DNA of 59,399 nucleotides from a virus (lineage: Duplodnaviria > Caudoviricetes). The notes beneath the pieces are model-generated. The model worked only from the letters and a program-made list of their open reading frames with translations, did no database searches and was not told the DNA's origin. Within the stretch, counting starts at the first letter, position 1. The number at the start of each line of letters is the position of its first letter. Made by a program: the position numbers and the translations under genes. Of the stretch, positions 39,337-48,503 are shown one piece after another. Location: positions 1-59,399 of IMG/VR virus record IMGVR_UViG_3300043399_001226. One strand, 5' to 3'.

Positions 39337-41592
39337 CTAATAGAATAATGCATTGTGTTTCCATTTACCATAATTTGCCATTTTATCCTTCATTAAACGC
39401 TCACAGGCATATCTTGTCGCATCAATACAATTATGTGTAACAATCCCATTTTCAATAGTATAATTATGATCGTTCTCCACTTCTAAATTGTAAACATCTT
39501 GATAACCGCATTTCTTAATTTCGATTACTGTAAGCGAAGGTAGCTCTGCAACTAAAACTGCATGTTTGGATCTGAGCGTATTTATTTGATGTAAATTCTG
39601 CTCTACAAATAACACATTCTTTTTGAACGTTATCCACTCCGCTTTTTCTTCTAAATGCTGATTTACAAGCGTTGCTACAAAACTTTCCTTTATTAACTTT
39701 TCCTTTTTGCAAAGAATATATTTTTTTACAATATCTACATTCGTTATCAATTTTTTGTTCAATTGATGGCAAAAGAGATTTAAACCAATGTTCTTTATGC
39801 CACTTACGCCCCTCTTCAGATTGATGCCAAACCACTGTAAGAGGTCTGATGTTATCAAGGTTAGCTTTAAGTTTTTTTCTTGTGGCCTCGCTAATGTATT
39901 TGCCATGATGTTTGCTATGCTCCGTTGGTGAAATACAAACAAGGTTTGTAATATCATTATTAAGTTTATTATGGTCTTTGTGATGAATATGGTAATTTTC
40001 TGGTATTTCACCTTTATAAAACTTATAAACATATCTATGTAAAAACTCGCCTGTGGCACTGTGTTGATAGTAATTAGTTCTAATATTTTTATTAAATCTC
40101 TCTCCTTGAAAATATACTTGTTTAGACATAAAATTAACTTCCTTTTTTGCTCTATATTGTATCGCAAGGCATCAGATAAAACTATTAATTTATCATCTTT
40201 TTCTATATTGAAAAGAGGTTGCCACCCTTTACGTACTGTTAAAAACATATGATCTTTAGTACAGGTAATAGATCTACCATTTGACAATATACATTTAAAA
40301 ACTTGTGCATCTCGCCTTGTTAAACGTACATTAAAATATTTATTCTTTCTGACCGTTCCGTCATCAGCAACACTCCTTACCATTCCCGTTGTCCCAACTA
40401 AGTCACGTATCTTAAATTGACCATTATCAGTATCAACTAAAGTATCGCCTACTAGACAATGATTGTTAGCATCTACAATATTATTAGTAATATCTCCGCT
40501 TCTCTCATCTACTTTGTAAGAATAATTTGAAAATTCCCTTATAGTATTGATACATCTCTCATGTATTATTATTTTATCAAAACTTTTAAGGTATTCTATA
40601 CCATCTTCAATACTACCTTTTCCTTTTTCAACTGGTTTAATACTATAACCTTGTCTATCAATAAATGATATGGTTTCAGGTCTGGAATTATCTGCATATA
40701 TAGTATATCTCATCAAATCAGGTAAACAATTCTCTAAAAACTTACCCGTCTCGTCAATTTCTAAATGTTTTTTATAAGCTTCGTGAGTAATGTACAAACA
40801 GTTATTATCTATATAACATCTAATACCAGCAGTCGGGTCTTGTGAAAAACCAAAGTCCAAGCCAAAATATTTATGTGTATTTTCAGGTTCTTCAAATTTA
40901 TCAATTATCCAGTGTACATCCTGTTTAAATACTTGAGCTTCCGAGTTCTTTAAACATTCCCCCTCCCAAACATGTCTATACATTCCATAATCCTTAATTT
41001 TTAAAGCTTCCATCTGCTCCTTTAAAACATCAGGAAAGTAAGGGTTGTCCATATAATTGACTTTTACAACATAGGAATTTTTAGGAGATTCATCGCTTAA
41101 AAAAGTTCTATATAATATATCGCTTTCATGTTTAGGGTTGAATGTACACCATATTTCGCTATTTGGTTCGCGAATCGTCGGCACTATCACTTGCCAACTT
41201 TCAAAGCTTAAAGTATCGGCTTCTTCAATCCATAATATACTAACACCTGCCATTGATTTAACGCTATCAATGTTGTGCCTTAATCCTTTAAATATAAATC
41301 TGCTACCCGAATAAGAACTAGTAATTTCATCTTTTGTAATTTCAAAATACTCACTCAGTTCCATAGCTTCTATTCTTTGTTTTAGTAATGAGTGCACACT
41401 TTCTTTAATAGAGTTCTGAAACTCTCTACCACAAAGAATTAAATGTTTGTGGTATAAAGATATGCCAATCAAGCTATCAGCAACTGCATAAGACTTACCG
41501 CTACCACGACCGCCATAAATTATTTTATAACGATAAGGCTTGAATAATTCCTTTTGCCATCTTTGAATGTTAACTACTTTTTTCTTTGTCAT
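39337..41592 (-). CDS. terL: Terminase large subunit (PBSX-type) with a 343-aa intein
   Basis: GGRGSGKS Walker A, WIEEA Walker B, GLDFGFSQDP nuclease motif; predicted spliced product 408 aa with junction NNH-CIDATRY. Confidence 0.95.
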   Translation of the reverse strand: MTKKKVVNIQRWQKELFKPYRYKIIYGGRGSGKSYAVADSLIGISLYHKHLILCGREFQNSIKESVHSLLKQRIEAMELSEYFEITKDEITSSYSGSRFIFKGLRHNIDSVKSMAGVSILWIEEADTLSFESWQVIVPTIREPNSEIWCTFNPKHESDILYRTFLSDESPKNSYVVKVNYMDNPYFPDVLKEQMEALKIKDYGMYRHVWEGECLKNSEAQVFKQDVHWIIDKFEEPENTHKYFGLDFGFSQDPTAGIRCYIDNNCLYITHEAYKKHLEIDETGKFLENCLPDLMRYTIYADNSRPETISFIDRQGYSIKPVEKGKGSIEDGIEYLKSFDKIIIHERCINTIREFSNYSYKVDERSGDITNNIVDANNHCLVGDTLVDTDNGQFKIRDLVGTTGMVRSVADDGTVRKNKYFNVRLTRRDAQVFKCILSNGRSITCTKDHMFLTVRKGWQPLFNIEKDDKLIVLSDALRYNIEQKRKLILCLNKYIFKERDLIKILELITINTVPQASFYIDMFISFIKVKYQKITIFITKTIINLIMILQTLFVFHQRSIANIMANTLARPQEKNLKLTLITSDLLQWFGINLKRGVSGIKNIGLNLFCHQLNKKLITNVDIVKKYILCKKEKLIKESFVATLVNQHLEEKAEWITFKKNVLFVEQNLHQINTLRSKHAVLVAELPSLTVIEIKKCGYQDVYNLEVENDHNYTIENGIVTHNCIDATRYACERLMKDKMANYGKWKHNALFY
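39430..40458 (-). mobile_element. Intein in TerL
   Basis: Block A CLVGDTLV, block B ITCTKDHMF, blocks F/G VYNLEVENDHNYTIENGIVTHN followed by Cys+1. Confidence 0.93.
39515..40129 (-). CDS. HNH homing endonuclease with C-terminal zinc fingers, nested in the intein in the -1 frame
   Basis: LHRYVY...IHHKDHNKLNNDITNL..IS..EHSKHH; CRYC..FCSNAC and CVIC..TCSFSC; AAGGAAG RBS 8 nt upstream of the ATG. Confidence 0.9.
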   Translation of the reverse strand: MSKQVYFQGERFNKNIRTNYYQHSATGEFLHRYVYKFYKGEIPENYHIHHKDHNKLNNDITNLVCISPTEHSKHHGKYISEATRKKLKANLDNIRPLTVVWHQSEEGRKWHKEHWFKSLLPSIEQKIDNECRYCKKIYSLQKGKVNKGKFCSNACKSAFRRKSGVDNVQKECVICRAEFTSNKYAQIQTCSFSCRATFAYSNRN

Positions 41593-41974
41593 CCTGAACT
41601 ACATAAGTAAGAATAGGAGGAGATCCTTTAGTTGTTATTTCATGTTGTTGTTTCTCACTCCATCCAGCTTGCGTCTTTAGATAAAATATTGTTGCTGTTG
41701 TATCGCCTTCCCTCATTTTAGACCAAAGCAATCCAGCAGCTTCTTTTATCCCTGTTGCTTTTCCTTTTTTATAGGCTCGGAAAACTCGGATATTTCTTTT
41801 TTTTAATTCATGAAACGTATCTTCTGAAAAGCCAAAATAATTGGCTATCTGCTCTATAGTCATGTCCTTAGCAAGAGTTTCAAGTTCGGTTATTTGCTTA
41901 TCAGTCAAAACAATAGGATTTCTTCCTCTTTTCTTCTGTTGATTACTATCTAAATTTTTACATTTTCCCTTCAT
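41570..41974 (-). CDS. terS: Terminase small subunit
   Basis: HTH (TIEQIANYFGFSEDTF), AYKKGK, GDTTATIFYLKTQAGW; overlaps the terL start. Confidence 0.8.
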   Translation of the reverse strand: MKGKCKNLDSNQQKKRGRNPIVLTDKQITELETLAKDMTIEQIANYFGFSEDTFHELKKRNIRVFRAYKKGKATGIKEAAGLLWSKMREGDTTATIFYLKTQAGWSEKQQHEITTKGSPPILTYVVQDDKEKSS

Positions 41975-42300
41975 TCCTTTGCTCCTAATCTTTTATTAGA
42001 ATGGTACTTAGTATGCCACTTAGCAAAATTCTCATTCTTGTCTTTCTCTAAAATTATTAGCTGTTTACACTTATTAACTCTGATTTCTAAGTCATCCGCA
42101 GACTCCGATAACTGATTCAAGTGCCTAGTTACCAGTTTTATTAACCTCTCCATATGCGTAAAAGACATATGAAATTCTTCATTATCTTTAAACCAGCTAC
42201 GAGTAGACCAATAATGAATTTCTCTTAAATCTTTACTCGTATAGTATCGGTCAAGTTCGTTGAAAATACCCGTAATATGTCTTTGTATCTCTTGGCTCAT
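41971..42300 (-). CDS. Hypothetical protein
   Basis: Coupled ORF. Confidence 0.6.
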   Translation of the reverse strand: MSQEIQRHITGIFNELDRYYTSKDLREIHYWSTRSWFKDNEEFHMSFTHMERLIKLVTRHLNQLSESADDLEIRVNKCKQLIILEKDKNENFAKWHTKYHSNKRLGAKE

Positions 42301-42303
42301 TTA

Positions 42304-42927
42304 TCACGCCCATGGCAATGTTTCTTCTTCTTCAAAAGTATCATCGGTTTGTTTATCACTGGCCTTCTTATAGTTAATTGGAAACTTTCCGCTCCTCTCA
42401 TCCATATACTCACTATATTTAGCATGATCGGGCGTAATTATAGTCTTGATCTCGTTACGAGGTTGATCGCCTGATGTCTGGATGATAATTTCAGCTACGC
42501 ATATAAGGTTATCAAGGTCAGCAAAGCTTTTAATCTGCCTTTGTTTTTCTGCTTCAGGTGATTTATCTGCTTTGTGTAATCCATGAGCAGAGTTAAGTAT
42601 TGCCTTAATCGTGCTTCTACCGATTTCAGCATATAGTGGTGAATTATCACTATGAAGACCGATCTTGCTCCAGACTTTCCTATTCTCATACTCTCCGCCT
42701 AAAATTACAAACTCACAGGCAAGATATACAGAGGTTCCTGCTTTGCTTTTAGTAGCATACCCGTCTGGCCACTCTTTTGTAGTATGGTTACCTTTTTTAA
42801 GTAATAATCTCACCTTTGCTATGGTTTTATGCGGTATTAGCTCGTAAGACATCTGGTCTTCGGCATCGTTAAAATTGTTCCATTTACTCATTGTTTTGTT
42901 CCTCCTTATTTTTTCTTGCTTCTTCAA
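42304..42927 (-). CDS. Phage single-stranded DNA-binding-like protein (DUF669-like; likely start MSKWNNF)
   Basis: YLACEFVILGGEYENRKVW, acidic/aromatic tail EEETLPWA. Confidence 0.65.
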   Translation of the reverse strand: MKKQEKIRRNKTMSKWNNFNDAEDQMSYELIPHKTIAKVRLLLKKGNHTTKEWPDGYATKSKAGTSVYLACEFVILGGEYENRKVWSKIGLHSDNSPLYAEIGRSTIKAILNSAHGLHKADKSPEAEKQRQIKSFADLDNLICVAEIIIQTSGDQPRNEIKTIITPDHAKYSEYMDERSGKFPINYKKASDKQTDDTFEEEETLPWA

Positions 42928-44350
42928 GTATTTCGCTTAAACCCAGAGGCTCGCAGATTTGTCTAAATTCCTGATCTTTTAGTATCTTCTCAGGACTTAT
43001 AACTATCGGGTCTTTGTGGAAATTCTTATATTCATGATTAGGGTTGGTGCTATGTAGTTCCAAGGTCAAACCTGTTTGAAACACCACTCTTTCTAGTTCG
43101 TCAAAATGTCCTGGAGCCGTTAATCTCTCAATCAGAAAAGGTACAGTTTCTATAATCACCTTGCCTGGTGTTTCAATAATTTTTAGCACTGGGTTGGTTA
43201 GCATGTTGATCAGGTTAGTAATTCTTATCGTGGCTTTTAAATCAAGCCAAGTTGCCTTTTTGTTTTTGCTTATAGGGTAGATTGGAGCTTTTACGTTCTC
43301 GTTAGTAGGAGGCTCCTGTTGCTTGCCTTTAGAGCCAATCTTTATTCCAATAATTTTAACGTTCTGGCCATAAACCGACTTGATAATTTCAGGGATTTTA
43401 TCCTTCTCCATATCGCTTAAACGTATTGATCCCATGTAAATGCCAACCTTATCAGGTTCAAGTTCTCGGAATACCCAGCTATCCTGTATCTCACCTGATC
43501 GCTGTGTTCCTAAAGCCTTCCATAAAGCTTGAGAGAGTAGCATTTTTCTTGTCTGCTCATCAGTATCTTGCATGATATCGTCTTGTTTCATTTCTGGAAT
43601 TTCCTTTGATGGTTGAAGCCCGTCACAATTTGTGACAGACTCAGTTGGTTTATTTTGATTTTCTGACTTAAGAGCAACTTGCTCCAGCTCCGCACGAGAG
43701 CAAGGAGCAAAAGTTGCGTGCTTATCATTTTTTTTCTTTTTTAGTATTTTTTCTTTTTTAGAAGATAATAAACTCTTAGCGTAGCTAGAGTTTTTATCTT
43801 CTTCTATTGAGTTTCTATGTTCCTGCAAACCTTGAGAAGAAGCGGGGTTAGCGATATGTATGGCGGACAAATTTGTCGGGGATACCAGACATTTTTGACT
43901 TGTATGCAAGTCATTTTTGTCAGGGGTTTCAACTAATTTTATTGCACTTTTTCTATAAAATTCTTTTGGATTTTTTAAAATTTCTAATGAATCTTTAGTA
44001 CGTTTTGCAGAGTAAACAAAATGATATTCTTTTTCTTTATAATTATATGAAGTGTGCGATGTTATCTCGTATAAATCAGCTAATTGAGCTAAAAACCTAC
44101 TACGCTGTCTTGTTCCTTGCTTACATTTTGATTGAAGGAATTTACTATTAAAAATAACTTCATCAGGATTCTTTGAAAAAAGAAATTCTATAGCTGCGAT
44201 AAATGTAATAGCTTCATACGCTATTGTCTTTGATGGATCACAAGCTCTTTTTATATCAAGCCATTTATCATAACACGTATTATAAATATCCTTTTCACTA
44301 AGATTCTTCTTCTGGAAATCTACATAGGATACGTTAGCCGCCTTACTCAT
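42884..44350 (-). CDS. Putative replication initiator (N-terminal wHTH, internal iteron-like repeats)
   Basis: N-terminal HTH-like region, low-complexity linker with phased DNA repeats, upstream of the SSB-like gene. Confidence 0.55.
   Translation of the reverse strand: MSKAANVSYVDFQKKNLSEKDIYNTCYDKWLDIKRACDPSKTIAYEAITFIAAIEFLFSKNPDEVIFNSKFLQSKCKQGTRQRSRFLAQLADLYEITSHTSYNYKEKEYHFVYSAKRTKDSLEILKNPKEFYRKSAIKLVETPDKNDLHTSQKCLVSPTNLSAIHIANPASSQGLQEHRNSIEEDKNSSYAKSLLSSKKEKILKKKKNDKHATFAPCSRAELEQVALKSENQNKPTESVTNCDGLQPSKEIPEMKQDDIMQDTDEQTRKMLLSQALWKALGTQRSGEIQDSWVFRELEPDKVGIYMGSIRLSDMEKDKIPEIIKSVYGQNVKIIGIKIGSKGKQQEPPTNENVKAPIYPISKNKKATWLDLKATIRITNLINMLTNPVLKIIETPGKVIIETVPFLIERLTAPGHFDELERVVFQTGLTLELHSTNPNHEYKNFHKDPIVISPEKILKDQEFRQICEPLGLSEILEEARKNKEEQNNE
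43866..43921. repeat. Three 12-bp iteron-like repeats at 22-bp spacing
   Basis: GACAAATTTGTC (43866), GACATTTTTGAC (43888), GTCATTTTTGTC (43910). Confidence 0.6.
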
Positions 44351-44624
44351 CCTTTCCCTCTTCTAAAATTAAATTCAATAATGTATCTATATCATCCCAG
44401 AGAATCCCGTGGATTAATGCCTGGTCTCCTACCTTAAGCATTCTATTTAACCTTTCGGCTATCGTTTTAATGTCCACACTAATATTGACTCCTACCTCTA
44501 GAATTAAGTTAAGCAGAATCTTTAAATCTTCCCAAAATATTGCCTCCATGGGCATCCCTTCAGTTTGCCTTAAAACTATCCTCATTCTTGAAGCTATTAC
44601 CTTGATGTCTTGTGCCTTGTTCAT
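44343..44624 (-). CDS. Hypothetical protein with a tandem ~45-aa duplication
   Basis: DIKVIA...IFWEDLKILLNLILEVG / DIKTIA...ILWDDIDTLLNLILEEG. Confidence 0.65.
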   Translation of the reverse strand: MNKAQDIKVIASRMRIVLRQTEGMPMEAIFWEDLKILLNLILEVGVNISVDIKTIAERLNRMLKVGDQALIHGILWDDIDTLLNLILEEGKDE

Positions 44625-44791
44625 ATACCTTTGTTATTGTGGTTATTTAGGCTAATCCCACGCCTTTGCCCATAACCCCGCAGAGCTTCCTTTATTCCTT
44701 GGATTCTTTTAAACTCTGCTCTTGAGGATAGCCAGTCTTGGATTTTTTGTAGGAAGGAAGAGAAAAGAGAGGTCATTATATTTCTTTTGAA

Positions 44792-45358
44792 TTATATGTT
44801 TAGTTGGTATAAAGGTTGAAATCTTTGATTTATAGACTTTGATAGTTTATTGATATCTTTGTTTTCAGACTCAATAACACACACTTGACTAGAACCTAAA
44901 AGAAAAATTTTATTACCTATAGCTGTATCAAATTCCGTGTAAAATGATACATGAGTCCCACTTGGTAATGATGCTAGGATTTCACAAGGATTTTTTACGA
45001 TCAACTCCTGTTCCAAATTCCATAAACTATAGAGAAACTGTTTTTGATCATTTAATTCTATATTGTGAGTTATAATTCCATAATAAACACCTTTCTTGAC
45101 AACAATCATGGTACTTTGAGTATTATTTTTACCGCTTTTGTTTTGATGTATTAATTTTTCTCTTGTTAAGGAATTAAGTGAATTTGTAAATACTTTATAA
45201 CTTAATCTTTTTGTTTCTTTTAATGCAGAATTATCGAAATAAGATTTATATTGATCATAAATATCTTGATTTGTTGTATATTTGAAATATCTACTGTTGA
45301 TAGAACATAAAAAACACAGAACTGTGTGATCATTAGGCAAAAGCACTAAAAAAGACAT
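44792..45358 (-). CDS. Hypothetical protein
   Basis: 188-aa ORF divergent from the symporter gene. Confidence 0.55.
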   Translation of the reverse strand: MSFLVLLPNDHTVLCFLCSINSRYFKYTTNQDIYDQYKSYFDNSALKETKRLSYKVFTNSLNSLTREKLIHQNKSGKNNTQSTMIVVKKGVYYGIITHNIELNDQKQFLYSLWNLEQELIVKNPCEILASLPSGTHVSFYTEFDTAIGNKIFLLGSSQVCVIESENKDINKLSKSINQRFQPLYQLNI

Positions 45359-45480
45359 AAATTACTATTTTAAATTAGGCTTATCTTCAAGGGTAATATC
45401 ATATCAACTAAGAATTAGGTTGAGTATCGCTAATTTTTTCTAACCTAAATATTAAGATTAGTGTAAAATAGGATTTATTT

Positions 45481-46929
45481 ATGGTTATTTATATGCCTTT
45501 ATTAAATTACTATGATTGGCTTACGATACTTGGTTTTGTTCTTTTTATAACAATTCATGGAATAAGAAAAAGCTCAACAATTAAGAATTTAAACACTTAC
45601 GCTCTTGGTACAGTTTCGTTTTCATTAAAATATTTAGTAGGAACTGTGATGGCTACTTGGATTAGTGGAACTCTGTTTTCTTTAAATCTAGAAAGAGGTT
45701 ACAAAGGAGGTTTTTACGATACCATTCCTGTAATGTTCATGTCTGGAGCTATATTCTTGATTGCTCATGTAGTTATCCCTAGAATAAAGGAATTTTTTAA
45801 AAAACTAACTATAGCAGAAATGTTAGGTAGCCATTACAACTCTAATAAGATAAGAATATTTGTAGCTTCTTTGGGAATTCTTAATTCATGCGCTCCAATT
45901 GCTATACAATTTTATATAATGGGAAAGATAACAGTCTATTTTATTCCTGATATTTTTGGCACTAAAACAGCTGAAATATTGATTATTATATTTGGGGCAG
46001 TTGTAACTTTATATACTTTAGTAGGAGGAGTTAATTCTGTAATACGTACTGACTTGACACAACTTGGTATAGGAATAGTCTCTATAATAGGATTATATTA
46101 TATATTATATAAAATTCAATGGCAAGCTGTAGATTCTTCTCTACCTCAATACAAACATTATGATTTAATTTATGTTTTAACTACCTATGATGACAAATTT
46201 TGGGCAATGATAAGTCTTGTAATATATTTTATCATACCAGCTGTAAACCCAGCTTCTTACCAAAGAATAGTTATTGCTTCTTCCATAAAAGAAGCTCAAA
46301 AAACATGGTATATATCAGCTTTAGGTGTTTTTATTATTAGCTTAATGATAAGTTATGCAGGATATATTCTCTTTTGTATAAAACAAGGCCTAGATACCGA
46401 ATCATTATTGAGTTTTCTTATAAATGAAATAACGCCTAGTGGGATGAAAGGTTTGTTATTAATTGGATTTCTTGCGTTAGCTATGTCTACTGCCGATTCC
46501 TTTTTAAATGTATTGTCTGTGATGTTTGCTAATGATTTATGCATATACTTTAATATTAATAGCAAACAAAAACTAAATATGGCACGTTATGCTACTCTTA
46601 TTGGAGGTGTTATATCAATAATAATTGCTTTACAAACTCAAGGGATGATGAATACATTATTAATTGCAAATAGCTTTTATATGCCAGTAATTACAGTTCT
46701 TTTTTTTGTTACAATATTTAAGTTTAATCTATCCAGTAGATGTGTTTTATTCTCATTATACATTACAACTTTAGCCATACTACTAATGAAGATTTTTTGC
46801 AAAATTAATCCTTTAATTCCTGGATTAATATTTTCTGGATTAATGTTGATATCCTCATACTACATCGTAGAGAAATGGGAGCTTCTTAGATGCTTCGGGA
46901 TTAGAAGTAAGTTGAAGGGAAAAAGTTAA
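45481..46929 (+). CDS. Sodium:solute symporter (SSS family)
   Basis: About 13 hydrophobic segments; ATWISG, YTLVGGVNSVIRTD, YQRI, ALAMSTADSFLN. Confidence 0.9.
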   Translation: MVIYMPLLNYYDWLTILGFVLFITIHGIRKSSTIKNLNTYALGTVSFSLKYLVGTVMATWISGTLFSLNLERGYKGGFYDTIPVMFMSGAIFLIAHVVIPRIKEFFKKLTIAEMLGSHYNSNKIRIFVASLGILNSCAPIAIQFYIMGKITVYFIPDIFGTKTAEILIIIFGAVVTLYTLVGGVNSVIRTDLTQLGIGIVSIIGLYYILYKIQWQAVDSSLPQYKHYDLIYVLTTYDDKFWAMISLVIYFIIPAVNPASYQRIVIASSIKEAQKTWYISALGVFIISLMISYAGYILFCIKQGLDTESLLSFLINEITPSGMKGLLLIGFLALAMSTADSFLNVLSVMFANDLCIYFNINSKQKLNMARYATLIGGVISIIIALQTQGMMNTLLIANSFYMPVITVLFFVTIFKFNLSSRCVLFSLYITTLAILLMKIFCKINPLIPGLIFSGLMLISSYYIVEKWELLRCFGIRSKLKGKS

Positions 46930-47690
46930 TATTCGTCATAGTTTTCTACTATATATTCTATATCCTGCGCGCTAAGTTCTTTCAAGCAATGAGAACAAAG
47001 AGGAATTTTTGTTAGACGTTCTTTACAATGGTTATTGATTGCGATATCTTTTTCTATTTTAGAATAATTATTGTATTTTTCGTCTAATTTTACAATATTG
47101 TTTCTATTTAAGTTAATAACTATATCACCATTATTTTCTTCAGAAAAAGTTATTAAATTTAAATTCTGTAATGATACTAAAGCATGTTTTATATTTTCTT
47201 CTGTTTCATTAAAAAACTCTTGTAATTCAATATAAGAACTTTTTATAACTGGAAATTCTTCTTGATAAGCATTTGTAACAAAAAAGCATAATAAATGTGA
47301 ATTTAAATTAGCTCCTAATCCTATTAATAGTCCTACAAAAATAATATTTTCTGCAAAATCACGACCTAAAATTTTTACTTTATATCCGTTATATATAACA
47401 AAATCCTCTTTATCTGTTTCTCCCATCCAATCCATAAAACATAGAATTTCAATTGTTCTATAATCAGGTTTACCATTATCAGTAACAATATCATGGTAAT
47501 ATTCTTTGTTAGTTCCTATTTCTTCGAATGACTTAAAGCAATTCGAAAAACTTAATCGATTTGTTCTCTGTTCTGTTTTTTCTTCTGAAGATAAAGCTAA
47601 GTATGACTCATAGAAAGCTTTATTTTTTTCATGTAACTCTGTATAAGCTAAAACTGTATGATAATTATTGTTTTTTGATTTTTCTCTCAT
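46926..47690 (-). CDS. Hypothetical protein, C-terminal wHTH-like
   Basis: SYIELQEFFNETEENIKHALVSLQNLNLI. Confidence 0.55.
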   Translation of the reverse strand: MREKSKNNNYHTVLAYTELHEKNKAFYESYLALSSEEKTEQRTNRLSFSNCFKSFEEIGTNKEYYHDIVTDNGKPDYRTIEILCFMDWMGETDKEDFVIYNGYKVKILGRDFAENIIFVGLLIGLGANLNSHLLCFFVTNAYQEEFPVIKSSYIELQEFFNETEENIKHALVSLQNLNLITFSEENNGDIVINLNRNNIVKLDEKYNNYSKIEKDIAINNHCKERLTKIPLCSHCLKELSAQDIEYIVENYDEY

Positions 47691-47692
47691 AA

Positions 47693-47797
47693 CTACCCCA
47701 GTATCAAATAATAAGCCGTAGGCATCCCGATCAATACTCCTATAACATAAATCCTAGTAACCCATTTCACAAATGGATCATCACTGTTCCACTCCAT
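47693..47797 (-). CDS. 34-aa membrane peptide (not in ORF track)
   Basis: GGAGG RBS; MEWNSDDPFVKWVTRIYVIGVLIGMPTAYYLILG. Confidence 0.5.
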   Translation of the reverse strand: MEWNSDDPFVKWVTRIYVIGVLIGMPTAYYLILG

Positions 47798-48077
47798 GCT
47801 CAACCTCCCCAAGTAAATTGCTTAACTGATGAACCTTACTCTCAGTCATCGCTCTACAGAGGTAAATAACCAAGTCATGTACTTGTTTTTCCATTCTCTC
47901 AAAGGAAGTTTGAGTTGACCTAAGCTGTGCATGTAAAAGCTGGCATTCAGCTTTATTTTTAGCTCGAGATAAATACTCTTCTACACTTAAATTTTGGTTT
48001 TTTAGATTTTGTTCTAGATTTTGAAATTGTAACATTAAAGAGGATACGACTACCTCCCATGAATTTGAGTCTTGCAT
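47781..48077 (-). CDS. Hypothetical coiled-coil protein
   Basis: First ORF after the structured leader. Confidence 0.6.
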   Translation of the reverse strand: MQDSNSWEVVVSSLMLQFQNLEQNLKNQNLSVEEYLSRAKNKAECQLLHAQLRSTQTSFERMEKQVHDLVIYLCRAMTESKVHQLSNLLGEVEHGVEQ

Positions 48078-48103
48078 AAATTACTATATTTAATTGATGA
48101 AAG

Positions 48104-48215
48104 TGCCAGGGGCTTTGATACAGTCCTAAGAAAACTAATAATATCCTTCATGCCAGAGGCATTTATAGACATTATAACCCCCAGCATGAGAGGTTGCTCT
48201 TAGGGCGGGTATCAA
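48104..48215 (-). ncRNA. Candidate C4/CI-like antisense regulatory RNA with an upstream complementary target
   Basis: Minus-strand closing stem UGCUGGGGG/CCCCUGGCA; internal 48115-48131 is complementary to 48198-48215. Confidence 0.45.
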
Positions 48216-48365
48216 TCGCCATTAGCTATTTAACGCTAACTAATAGACAAAACCCTGTCAACTCTCAATCTTAAGTAAAATAAATATTTAGGGAATTTAA
48301 TTTGTTTGTGTGGTATCTAAAAATTGCGGGGGGGGGGTAATGAGGATTTTTTGCCACATTATTTT

Positions 48366-48416
48366 TGCTAGCTTAAATAATATTTGTGCTAGCATGACAA
48401 TTTACAAGTGCTAGCA
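48366..48416. promoter_or_regulatory. Three phased TGCTAGC palindromes (operator-like)
   Basis: At 48366, 48387 and 48409, upstream of the small gene at 48504. Confidence 0.55.
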
Positions 48417-48503
48417 CAAGTAGTGCTTAAAAAGCCTATAGAACTAGGCTTGGTTTCGTGTTATAGTGATCATAGATAACCTCTTAAATTAGGATAGTAT
48501 GCT

